From the NCBI RefSeq assembly GCF_023169545.1, contig NZ_AP019769.1, positions 30,001-62,000 on the forward strand: DNA of 32,000 nucleotides, written 5' to 3'. A program made the translations under genes and the position numbers. This DNA is from Nanobdella aerobiophila (GTDB lineage Archaea; Nanobdellota; Nanobdellia; Nanobdellales; Nanobdellaceae). Positions 18,885 to 27,214 of the stretch are shown here, in pieces (the first letter of the stretch is position 1; each line of letters opens with the position of its first letter). The notes beneath the pieces were generated by a model that was not told the origin of the DNA, ran no database searches, and saw nothing but the letters and a program-made list of their open reading frames with translations.

Positions 18885-21468
18885 TCTTGAGAAATTATAT
18901 CCAAAAAAAGCTTTAGAATCTTTGGATCTGTATAGGAAGCAATGCAAAATATGTAATAGATTTTTTTGGACAAAAGATAAGAATAGAGAAGTATGTGGTG
19001 ATCACGAAAATTATGGTTTTATAAAAAATCCTTTAGGTACAAAGTTATCATATAATGAAGTTTATGATAATTTTGCAAAATATATGAATTCTAGAGGTTA
19101 TATAAGTATAAATAGATATCCTGTAGTGGCTAGATGGAGGGATGATATAGATTTTGTAATTGCTTCCATTGCAGATTTTCAACCATGGGTAGTGGAAGGG
19201 TACACCGATCCTCCATCCAAAAAACTAACTGTACCTCAATTTTGTCTAAGATTCAATGATATAGATAATGTTGGATTAACAGGCAGGCATTATACAGGTT
19301 TCGTTATGATTGGTCAGCATGCATTTATGAAACCTGAAGAATATAATAAAGACCAATATTTTCTAGATCTATATTATTGGTTTGAAGAAAATAAATTTCC
19401 GATGGAGGAGTTTTTATTTCATGAAGATAAATGGGAAGGTGGAGGAAATGGGGGTACATCAATAGAATTTTTTATAAGAGGATTAGAAGTAGCTAATCAG
19501 GTTTATATGCAATATAAGATAATAGATAATCAATGGGTAGAATTGGATAAATTAAAGGTTTTAGATATGGGTATGGGTCAGGAGAGGATTGCATGGATAA
19601 CCAATGGAACACCTACATCTTATGATATTGTCTTCCCAAATACAGTAAAATTTTTGCTAAATAATATTAATTATGATATAGATTATGATCTATTTAATAA
19701 AATTTCTATGTATTCTTCTTTATTTGACTTTGAAAAATATGATATAAATGATTTTGAAAAATATTTAAGGGAAAAGGGAATTTATGATAATAAATTATTG
19801 GAAATTATGCATGCTATATATTTAATCTCTGATCATATTAGAACATTATATATAGCAATATCTGATGGAGCTTTACCATCCAATATGGGAGGTAATTATA
19901 ATTTAAGGTTAATTAGTAGGAGAATGTTTTATTTTATTGATAAGTATTTTGGAGAAGATTCTTATTCATTTATAAAAAAATTATTAAATTATATATCATT
20001 AGATTGGAGGGAGAAGGTAGATATAAATGAAATATATAATATATTAATATATGAATATGAGAAATATAAAGATATAAAGAAAAATGCTCAAAAATTATTA
20101 GATAAAAACCTGGATACTAGGAAAATATTCGAACTATATACGTCTTCGGGGATATCTCTAGAGATAATGAAAGATATAAATCCTAATATTAATATAAATA
20201 AAGAAGAATTCAGTAGGTTATTAAGCCAGCATAAAAATATAAGTAAAAAGGAGAATAAGAAAGAAGAATTTTATATAGATATAAATTATCCAGAGACATA
20301 TAAATCATTTTATGATTCATGGAAGAAATATTATGAAATATCTAAATTTTATGGGAAGATTGATTATAAGAATTCAATATATTATATATTTGATAGAACT
20401 GTGTTTTATCCAACAAAAGGAGGACAAATACATGATACAGGATATATATTCGATCTGAATAATATAAAAAAATATTCAAAAGATGTTCTGGATAATTATA
20501 ATTTTCCAGATTATGTAAAGGATGAATTAGTTAAATATATGACTGGTAATTTAAAAGAAGATTTTGAAAAATATTTCGCAAGAGTTGTCGATGTAATAGA
20601 GTATAAAAAAATAATATTACATAAAGTAGATAAGGATATTGAAATCTCAGGTGAAATATTGCAAATTATAGATAAAGGTAGGAGATATAGAATATCTAGG
20701 CATCATACAGCAACCCACTTATTAACCTCTGTATTGAGAAATATTTATGGTAATCATATATGGCAAGCAGGTGCAGAAAAAGATGAATATGAAGGTAGAC
20801 TAGATATTACTCATTATAAGGTACCAAGCTATGAAGAAATAAAATTGATAGAAAAAAATGCCAATAATATAATATTGGAAGGTAGAAAAATAAATAAATT
20901 CTATTTAAAGAGAAATGAAGCTGAAAAATTATATGGATTTACAATATATCAAGGAGGATTTATACCAGAAACAAATTTAAGAATAGTTAATATAGAAAAT
21001 ACAGATGTAGAAGCATGTTCAGGAACTCATTTAGATAATACATTAGAAATTGGGTTAATAAAAATAATATCTGTTGAGAAGATAGCTGATGGAATGATTA
21101 GATTCAGGTTTATTGCTGGAGATAGGATAATAGAAGAATATGAAAATATGGAAGAAAGATTGAATAATATAAGGAATAAATATGGTATCGATATAAATAA
21201 TTTGAATAATTATATAGAAAAAATAAATAAAGATAGGGAAGAGAATAGTAAGAAGATAAATAGTTTATTGGAAGAATATATAAGAAATAATATAAAAGAT
21301 GGGAGAATATATATGGAAACCTCCTTAAAAATATCAGATATTATTAAATATGTACTAAGGTATAAAGATATTATAAAAGATATAGAGATAAAATGTAAAG
21401 ATGGTATTATTAGTTCTAAAGGTGGAGATAAGAAGATTGATAAATTTTATATAAAAAACTATGAATAG
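18874..21468 (+). CDS. alaS: Alanyl-tRNA synthetase, archaeal type, apparently intact
   Basis: 864 aa, GTG start; RFFWTKDKNREVCGDH, PVVARWRDDIDFVIASIADFQPWVVEG, DMGMGQERIAWI, SRHHTATHLLTSVLRNIYG, VEACSGTHLDNT. Confidence 0.96.
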   Translation: MQSDLEKLYPKKALESLDLYRKQCKICNRFFWTKDKNREVCGDHENYGFIKNPLGTKLSYNEVYDNFAKYMNSRGYISINRYPVVARWRDDIDFVIASIADFQPWVVEGYTDPPSKKLTVPQFCLRFNDIDNVGLTGRHYTGFVMIGQHAFMKPEEYNKDQYFLDLYYWFEENKFPMEEFLFHEDKWEGGGNGGTSIEFFIRGLEVANQVYMQYKIIDNQWVELDKLKVLDMGMGQERIAWITNGTPTSYDIVFPNTVKFLLNNINYDIDYDLFNKISMYSSLFDFEKYDINDFEKYLREKGIYDNKLLEIMHAIYLISDHIRTLYIAISDGALPSNMGGNYNLRLISRRMFYFIDKYFGEDSYSFIKKLLNYISLDWREKVDINEIYNILIYEYEKYKDIKKNAQKLLDKNLDTRKIFELYTSSGISLEIMKDINPNININKEEFSRLLSQHKNISKKENKKEEFYIDINYPETYKSFYDSWKKYYEISKFYGKIDYKNSIYYIFDRTVFYPTKGGQIHDTGYIFDLNNIKKYSKDVLDNYNFPDYVKDELVKYMTGNLKEDFEKYFARVVDVIEYKKIILHKVDKDIEISGEILQIIDKGRRYRISRHHTATHLLTSVLRNIYGNHIWQAGAEKDEYEGRLDITHYKVPSYEEIKLIEKNANNIILEGRKINKFYLKRNEAEKLYGFTIYQGGFIPETNLRIVNIENTDVEACSGTHLDNTLEIGLIKIISVEKIADGMIRFRFIAGDRIIEEYENMEERLNNIRNKYGIDINNLNNYIEKINKDREENSKKINSLLEEYIRNNIKDGRIYMETSLKISDIIKYVLRYKDIIKDIEIKCKDGIISSKGGDKKIDKFYIKNYE

Positions 21469-22871
21469 TCATTAGTTATTAGATCTTCTATAAATTTATA
21501 CCAGATGTTTTTATTATTTAATTTATTATAATAATCTATTGAAAATATTAATAATAATATTAAGAAAGATAAACTGGAAAATATTATATTGTTTATAAAC
21601 AATGGTGCCATGTCAATAAATGTATATATTGATAATATTATTATAGATAAAAAGTTTTTGATATCTAATCTTGTGAACTGTCTATCATAAGAGTATCCTT
21701 TGTATTGTGGATTTAATTTTCCAGAATAGTACCAAGAAGGTATATTTATAGATATTGGTAATAATATTATTGAATATATAGAATATATATAGTAAATATT
21801 ATTTTTTAGTATAAATAATATGAAAAATGATATAATAAATGGTAATAATATCTTGTAAGAATTGTTTAATCTGTAGTTCATCTTTTTTCTAATATAATTC
21901 ATAAAATAATAATTTCCAGCATTTACCCATACTCTTTCAAAGCCAATGGATAGCTCTAGACCTACTGCAGAACTATATAATAATAAAAAGATAATATAAA
22001 TTGAAAATATATTTTTTATATAAAAAAATATAAATATTAAAATAGAGATAATGGAAGAAAATATAATTAAATATTTTAACAAAGAGTTCGATATATCTTT
22101 TATAGGATCTTTAGTTCTAAATATAGATCTATTTTCTATAAAATTTATATCATCATTGTATATAGAATATGGATCTGTATAAAACTTATAGAAATCTTTT
22201 CCAGATATTAAATATATTATTATTAAATATATTGATAATATTGGTGTAAAGTATATTTTGGATAATAATATATTTATTTCAGGATAATAGAATATATTTA
22301 GAAAGATTAATAATATAGGGAAGATAGAATATATAGTCTTTTTTATTATATTAGATGGTAAATATACTATAAGAGATATTATATATGAATATATTAAAGA
22401 ATTTAATATAGTAATTAATATTATTATGGTGTTTAGTTGATGGAATAAATATAATTGATATATATATGAGAAAAAAAATGGTAATATTATAAAATATATA
22501 AATATTAAGAATGATAGACTCTTAAGTAATATATATCTATCTATCTTAAGATCAGATGATAATATAAAATCAATTTCTGTTTTTGTATATACGATATTGC
22601 CATATAGATTTATCTTTTTATTTCCAGAATATATGTTTATTATTATAAAGAAAATATTTGTTAATATTAATATAAAAGATATCCATAATAATGCTCCAAT
22701 ACTAGAAGAAATATATAGAAATGGAAATATATTTTTTGGAATTATTTTATATAAATTTAGAAAATATATAGAAATTAATATAGGAGAATAAATGAGAATG
22801 AAATATATCAGCATATATAATAATATTTGACTTTTGGTATACATATCCTTTATTATAAATTTCAATATCAT
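21459..22871 (-). CDS. Multi-pass membrane protein, probable ABC-2-type transporter permease
   Basis: 470 aa, many TM segments; 4-nt overlap with the upstream ATPase gene on the same strand. Confidence 0.7.
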   Translation of the reverse strand: MILKFIIKDMYTKSQILLYMLIYFILIYSPILISIYFLNLYKIIPKNIFPFLYISSSIGALLWISFILILTNIFFIIINIYSGNKKINLYGNIVYTKTEIDFILSSDLKIDRYILLKSLSFLIFIYFIILPFFFSYIYQLYLFHQLNTIIILITILNSLIYSYIISLIVYLPSNIIKKTIYSIFPILLIFLNIFYYPEINILLSKIYFTPILSIYLIIIYLISGKDFYKFYTDPYSIYNDDINFIENRSIFRTKDPIKDISNSLLKYLIIFSSIISILIFIFFYIKNIFSIYIIFLLLYSSAVGLELSIGFERVWVNAGNYYFMNYIRKKMNYRLNNSYKILLPFIISFFILFILKNNIYYIYSIYSIILLPISINIPSWYYSGKLNPQYKGYSYDRQFTRLDIKNFLSIIILSIYTFIDMAPLFINNIIFSSLSFLILLLIFSIDYYNKLNNKNIWYKFIEDLITNDYS

Positions 22872-23554
22872 CTTAATAATTTTATTATATTATCTTCTAA
22901 ATTATCTTTAATCTTTTCTATATTATCATTAAATATTATTTTACCTTTATTTATTAATATTATTCTATTAGCTATTTTTTCTGCTAATGATACTATGTGG
23001 GTAGAAATTATCTTTAGATTATTTCTTTCCTTTAATAAATTAATCGTTTTATATTGTGTTTCTAGATCTAGATAATTTAATGGTTCATCTAATAATAATA
23101 TTTCTGTATCTAATATTAATACCATAGATAATGATAATTTTTGTTTATTTCCTCTAGATAAGTTTATTGCTCTGTAATTTTTATATTTATCTAGATCAAA
23201 GAAATTTAAATAATAATCAATTTTATTATATAAATTATCTATACTTCTTAATAATCCTATATACTCTAGATTTTCTTTTACAGATAAATTGATGAACGGT
23301 ATTGGTTCTTCAGGTAAATATCCAATATACTTCTTAGCTCCTTCAGGATTTTTTAATAAATCTATATTTTTTATATATATGTTTCCAGAATCTGGTTTTA
23401 ATAAACCTGCTAATATCTTTATTGTAGTGCTTTTCCCTGCACCATTTGGACCAATTAAAAATACATTTTCTTTTTTATCTATTTCAAAAGATATATTATC
23501 GAGAGCCTTTATATTTTCATAGCTTTTTGATATATTCTCTACTTTTATCATCAT
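22868..23554 (-). CDS. ABC transporter ATP-binding protein
   Basis: 228 aa; Walker A GPNGAGKSTTIK, signature-like LSRGNKQKLSLSM, Walker B ILLLDEPLNYLD, H-loop IISTH. Confidence 0.94.
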   Translation of the reverse strand: MMIKVENISKSYENIKALDNISFEIDKKENVFLIGPNGAGKSTTIKILAGLLKPDSGNIYIKNIDLLKNPEGAKKYIGYLPEEPIPFINLSVKENLEYIGLLRSIDNLYNKIDYYLNFFDLDKYKNYRAINLSRGNKQKLSLSMVLILDTEILLLDEPLNYLDLETQYKTINLLKERNNLKIISTHIVSLAEKIANRIILINKGKIIFNDNIEKIKDNLEDNIIKLLR

Positions 23555-23564
23555 ATTTATATTT

Positions 23565-23984
23565 TTATTGATCTATTGATATATTTAATTTTTTATATAT
23601 AAATTCTCTAACCTTTTCAGCAATATCTATAGCTTCTTTAGCATCTTCTTCAGTAACATTTTCTATAGATTTAGGATCATATCTAGATTTTATGGAATAT
23701 TTTGATAATTCTTCTATCATTTTTACTCCTGTAGATTTTTCTAATGAATTGAAGCTTTTGTCTATGTTTTTGCATTCATCTATTAATATCCTTATATCAT
23801 GAGTTCTATGTTTATATATATCAAAATAATTTTTGTATACTAAAAATGCTTTCAAATACTTTTCTACAGATTGTTGAGATAAAAAACATGCAATTCTATA
23901 ATGAGAGAGTTTATATATATCTTTTGCAGTTTTTAAATCGTCATCAGCTAATTTTAACCAATCTATTATATTTTCATCAATCAT
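23565..23984 (-). CDS. HEPN-domain protein (COG2250-like), pair 4 of the array
   Basis: 139 aa; LADDDLKTAKDIY...RIACFLSQQSVEKYLKAFLVYKN...HDIRILIDEC; ATGA overlap with MNT 23981-24307. Confidence 0.85.
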   Translation of the reverse strand: MIDENIIDWLKLADDDLKTAKDIYKLSHYRIACFLSQQSVEKYLKAFLVYKNYFDIYKHRTHDIRILIDECKNIDKSFNSLEKSTGVKMIEELSKYSIKSRYDPKSIENVTEEDAKEAIDIAEKVREFIYKKLNISIDQ

Positions 23985-24307
23985 AATAGTATCTTTCCTT
24001 CATTTTTAGCCCAATAATATACAAATAATTTACTTTTAGATCTTTTATCAAATTCTTGATTATCTACTATTAGTAAATCGACGGATTTATTCAATGAATT
24101 TACTAAATAATAGTGTATATCACACCATAAATTATCATATAGATCTTTATCCAATTTATCTTCAGTTATAATTAATATATCATAATCAGAATCTTCTCTA
24201 TAATCTCCTCTAGCTCTAGATCCAAATAATATAATTTTATCTATTTTAATATTATATTCATTTGCAACATCATATATTACTTTCTTAATTATTTCCAAAT
24301 CATTCAT
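23981..24307 (-). CDS. Minimal nucleotidyltransferase (MNT), pair 4
   Basis: 108 aa; GSRARGDYREDSDYDI (GSxRxG...DxD motif) plus downstream SVDLL Asp. Confidence 0.9.
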   Translation of the reverse strand: MNDLEIIKKVIYDVANEYNIKIDKIILFGSRARGDYREDSDYDILIITEDKLDKDLYDNLWCDIHYYLVNSLNKSVDLLIVDNQEFDKRSKSKLFVYYWAKNEGKILL

Positions 24308-24720
24308 ATATTATTATCTATATTTAATTTTTTATATATAAATTCTCTAACCTTTTCAGCAATATCTATAGCTTCTTTAGCATCTTCTTCATTAACATTT
24401 TTTATAAATTCTATATCATATCTAGATAAGACAGAATAATCTGAAACTATTTGGAACTTTTCAATTCCTATCAATTCTCTCAATATTATAAAATTATTAT
24501 CTATTTTTATACATTCATCTAATAATTTATTTATATTATGAATCTTATGTTTTTTAGGATTAAAGATATTATTTTCTATTAGAAATGCTTTTAAATATAA
24601 TTCTATAGCTTGTTGACTCCAAAAACATGAACTAGAGTACAAAGAATTTTGAAAACTTTTTTTAGATGTATCGAGATCTATATCAGCAATTTCAATGTAT
24701 TCTTTAGTATCTTCTTTCAC
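24304..24720 (-). CDS. HEPN-domain protein, pair 3 (GTG start at 24720 preferred over track ATG 24750)
   Basis: MNT stop at 24717-24719 overlaps the GTG (GTGA); SSCFWSQQAIELYLKAFLIENN...HNINKLLDEC. Confidence 0.82.
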   Translation of the reverse strand: MKEDTKEYIEIADIDLDTSKKSFQNSLYSSSCFWSQQAIELYLKAFLIENNIFNPKKHKIHNINKLLDECIKIDNNFIILRELIGIEKFQIVSDYSVLSRYDIEFIKNVNEEDAKEAIDIAEKVREFIYKKLNIDNNI

Positions 24721-25043
24721 TTTATTAATATACCTTCCTTTTCCGCCCAATAATATACAAATCCTCTATAAATCTTTTTTTCTTCAAATTCTTCTTTATT
24801 TATACAAAGAAGATCTATTGATTTATCTAGCTTAGCTAATAGTTCCCAATTTATTTTTCCCAAAAATTTATAGTATAGATCTTTATCCAATTTATCTTCA
24901 GTTATAATTAATATATCATAATCAGAATCTTCTCTATAATCTCCTCTAGCTCTAGATCCAAATAATATAATTTTATCTATTTTAATATTATATTCATTTG
25001 CAACATCATATATTACTTTCTTAATTATTTCCAAATCATTCAT
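24717..25043 (-). CDS. MNT nucleotidyltransferase, pair 3
   Basis: GSRARGDYREDSDYDI motif; first ~44 aa identical to the other copies. Confidence 0.9.
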   Translation of the reverse strand: MNDLEIIKKVIYDVANEYNIKIDKIILFGSRARGDYREDSDYDILIITEDKLDKDLYYKFLGKINWELLAKLDKSIDLLCINKEEFEEKKIYRGFVYYWAEKEGILIK

Positions 25044-25438
25044 ATATTATTATCTATATTTAATTTTTTATATATAAATTCTCTAACCTTTTCAGCAATA
25101 TCTATAGCTTCTTTAGCATCTTCTTCAGTAACAATATATTTTACTGGATATCTTATTTCTATTCCTATTGGATATAATTTATCAGCATTAATATTGTATA
25201 GATATTTAAAATCTGTATCCATTTTCATACAATATTCTATTAATAATGATATATCATGTATTTTATTTAAAGGTATATTTTTATAAGTTATAAAGGCTTT
25301 TAGATATTTTTCTATTGCTTGTTGAGAATGAAATAATGAATAATCATATAATTCGTTATATAATAGTATTTTAGCAGATTTTAAATCTCTATCTGCTTTT
25401 TCTAACCATTCTTTAGTTTTTTCAATTATTTCATTCAT
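25040..25438 (-). CDS. HEPN-domain protein, pair 2
   Basis: 132 aa; LEKADRDLKSAKIL...YSLFHSQQAIEKYLKAFITYKN...HDISLLIEYC; ATGA overlap with MNT. Confidence 0.87.
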   Translation of the reverse strand: MNEIIEKTKEWLEKADRDLKSAKILLYNELYDYSLFHSQQAIEKYLKAFITYKNIPLNKIHDISLLIEYCMKMDTDFKYLYNINADKLYPIGIEIRYPVKYIVTEEDAKEAIDIAEKVREFIYKKLNIDNNI

Positions 25439-25749
25439 AATATTTTTCCTTCTAAATTTAAAATTCCGGCTATATCTCCATATGTATTTTTATATTTATC
25501 AAAATATTTTTTTTCTAATATTATTATATCTATAGGTTTCATTATTTTTCTAACTATCTCTCTATGTACTTTAGATATAAATTCTTTTAGGTCTATAATA
25601 CTATAAACTATTATTGCTATATCATAATCAGAATCTTCTCTATAATCTCCTCTAGCTCTAGATCCAAATAATATAATTTTATCTATTTTAATATTATATT
25701 CATTTGCAACATCATATATTACTTTCTTAATTATTTCCAAATCATTCAT
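25435..25749 (-). CDS. MNT nucleotidyltransferase, pair 2 (most divergent C-terminal half)
   Basis: GSRARGDYREDSDYDI then divergent AIIVYSIIDLKEFISKVHREI... Confidence 0.9.
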   Translation of the reverse strand: MNDLEIIKKVIYDVANEYNIKIDKIILFGSRARGDYREDSDYDIAIIVYSIIDLKEFISKVHREIVRKIMKPIDIIILEKKYFDKYKNTYGDIAGILNLEGKIL

Positions 25750-26135
25750 ATATTATTATCTATATTTAATTTTTTATATATAAATTCTCTAACCTTTTCA
25801 GCAATATCTATAGCTTCTTTAGCATCTTCTTCATTAACAATAATAAATGGAGGATATCTAGTTCCAGAATAATATTTGTTTAATTTTTCTGGTTTTATAT
25901 TTAATAAGTATTCAAAATCTTTATTATATTTTATACATTTATTTATTAGCTCTTTTATATTATGTATAAAAGGATATCCATTGTTTATATATAATAGAAA
26001 AGCTTTCAAATACTTTTCTACAGCCTGTTGTGCCAAAAAGCACGAAATCCTGTAATGATTTAGTTTTAAATTATCTATTGAAGAATTTAGATCATCGTCA
26101 GCAGATTTTAATAATTCTTCTATATCTTCTTTCAC
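25746..26135 (-). CDS. HEPN-domain protein, pair 1 (GTG start at 26135 preferred over track ATG 26165)
   Basis: GTGA overlap with MNT stop at 26132-26134; LLKSADDDLNSSIDNL...YRISCFLAQQAVEKYLKAFLLY. Confidence 0.82.
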   Translation of the reverse strand: MKEDIEELLKSADDDLNSSIDNLKLNHYRISCFLAQQAVEKYLKAFLLYINNGYPFIHNIKELINKCIKYNKDFEYLLNIKPEKLNKYYSGTRYPPFIIVNEEDAKEAIDIAEKVREFIYKKLNIDNNI

Positions 26136-26458
26136 TTTATTAATATACCTTCCTTTTCCGCCCAATAATATACAAATCCTCTATAAATCTTTTTCTTTTC
26201 AAAATCTTTTTTGTCTATTAATATTAAATCAATATCTTTATGTAAGATATCTGTTAATCTATCAAATAGAGAAATCCAAAAATCATTAATTATATTATAA
26301 TCAATCTTTTCTTCAGTTATAATTAATATATCATAATCAGAATCTTCTCTATAATCTCCTCTAGCTCTAGATCCAAATAATATAATTTTATCTATTTTAA
26401 TATTATATTCATTTGCAACATCATATATTACTTTCTTAATTATTTCCAAATCATTCAT
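26132..26458 (-). CDS. MNT nucleotidyltransferase, pair 1 (first gene of the array)
   Basis: GSRARGDYREDSDYDI motif; same N-terminal block as the other copies. Confidence 0.9.
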   Translation of the reverse strand: MNDLEIIKKVIYDVANEYNIKIDKIILFGSRARGDYREDSDYDILIITEEKIDYNIINDFWISLFDRLTDILHKDIDLILIDKKDFEKKKIYRGFVYYWAEKEGILIK

Positions 26459-26575
26459 ATATTATTATCTATATTTAATTTTTTATATATAGAGGGGTTG
26501 AATATATACTTTCTTATAAAAATAAAGTAAAGCAAAATTATATATTATATAACTTTTAAACTAAATAATATATAT

Positions 26576-26659
26576 GCGGCGGTGTCCGAGAGGCCAAAGG
26601 AGATCGGTTTAGGTCCGACTGGTGTAGAACCGCCAGGGGTTCAAATCCCCTCCGCCGCA
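26576..26659 (+). tRNA. tRNA-Leu (anticodon TAG), class II with long variable arm, no CCA encoded
   Basis: Acceptor GCGGCGG/CCGCCGC, discriminator A; anticodon loop TTTAGGT; variable arm GGT..ACC; T arm AGGGG-TTCAAAT-CCCCT. The outermost anticodon-stem pair (A27-C43) is unpaired. Confidence 0.88.
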
Positions 26660-27214
26660 TTAGTATTCTAATGTAAATCCTCCTATAACATCGCCTTTGA
26701 TTAAATTATATTCTATGTTTTCTACTAGTAAAAAAGGATATAATCTTGGTTTATGATTTAGAAGCTTTTTTATTAGTGAGAAATCCTTTTTGATTGTTAT
26801 ATAATCTATACCCCATATAAAATCGAAATTCAGATCTTGGATATAGTACTTATTGTTTATTATAATATCTTCAATTTCAGAGTCTTTTATAATCATATCT
26901 AGATTCTTGACTGGCATAATCTTATATTTAGTAGTATTAAAGTTATTGTTGTATATAATTGTAATATACATATTTTTTATTTCTTTTCTATTAGATCTTG
27001 ATATAAGAATAAGGTCTTTGTGGGTTCTATTTAGGCTTTTATAAAATTTTTCTATATAATATAGCAAATCTTTTTTAGTATAAAAATAGTCAGTATAATA
27101 ATTTTCAGTATCTTCAACTGTAATATAATAAAAATCAATGTCTGGTTCTATGTATTTTAGTATTTTATTAGATCTTAATAATACATTCCTTATTTTAGAG
27201 TTGATATTCAACAT
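26660..27214 (-). CDS. Hypothetical protein
   Basis: 184 aa ORF abutting the tRNA-Leu 3' end; no recognised motif. Confidence 0.55.
   Translation of the reverse strand: MLNINSKIRNVLLRSNKILKYIEPDIDFYYITVEDTENYYTDYFYTKKDLLYYIEKFYKSLNRTHKDLILISRSNRKEIKNMYITIIYNNNFNTTKYKIMPVKNLDMIIKDSEIEDIIINNKYYIQDLNFDFIWGIDYITIKKDFSLIKKLLNHKPRLYPFLLVENIEYNLIKGDVIGGFTLEY

Larger units (their letters stand above)
23580..26491 (-). repeat. Intragenic repeat array: seams at ~24177-24391, ~24913-25127 and ~25619-25833 (about 215 nt each), with truncated seams at ~26328-26491 and ~23580-23652
   Basis: By eye the seam sequence from ATATCATAATCAGAATC... through ...TTAGCATCTTCTTCA (+ strand) is identical in the three complete copies; each seam spans the HEPN stop/MNT start. 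Confidence 0.9.

Noticed and set aside
18874-21468. Possibility of a split alanyl-tRNA synthetase as in Nanoarchaeum
   Set aside because: A single uninterrupted 864-aa ORF contains catalytic, editing (HHTATH, CSGTH) and C-terminal regions.
23580-26491. Regularly spaced repeats considered as a CRISPR array or a diversity-generating retroelement
   Set aside because: Repeat period is ~706-736 nt, repeats are ~215 nt and coding, there is no Cas gene, no reverse transcriptase and no template/variable repeat pair; the pattern fits duplicated MNT-HEPN units.
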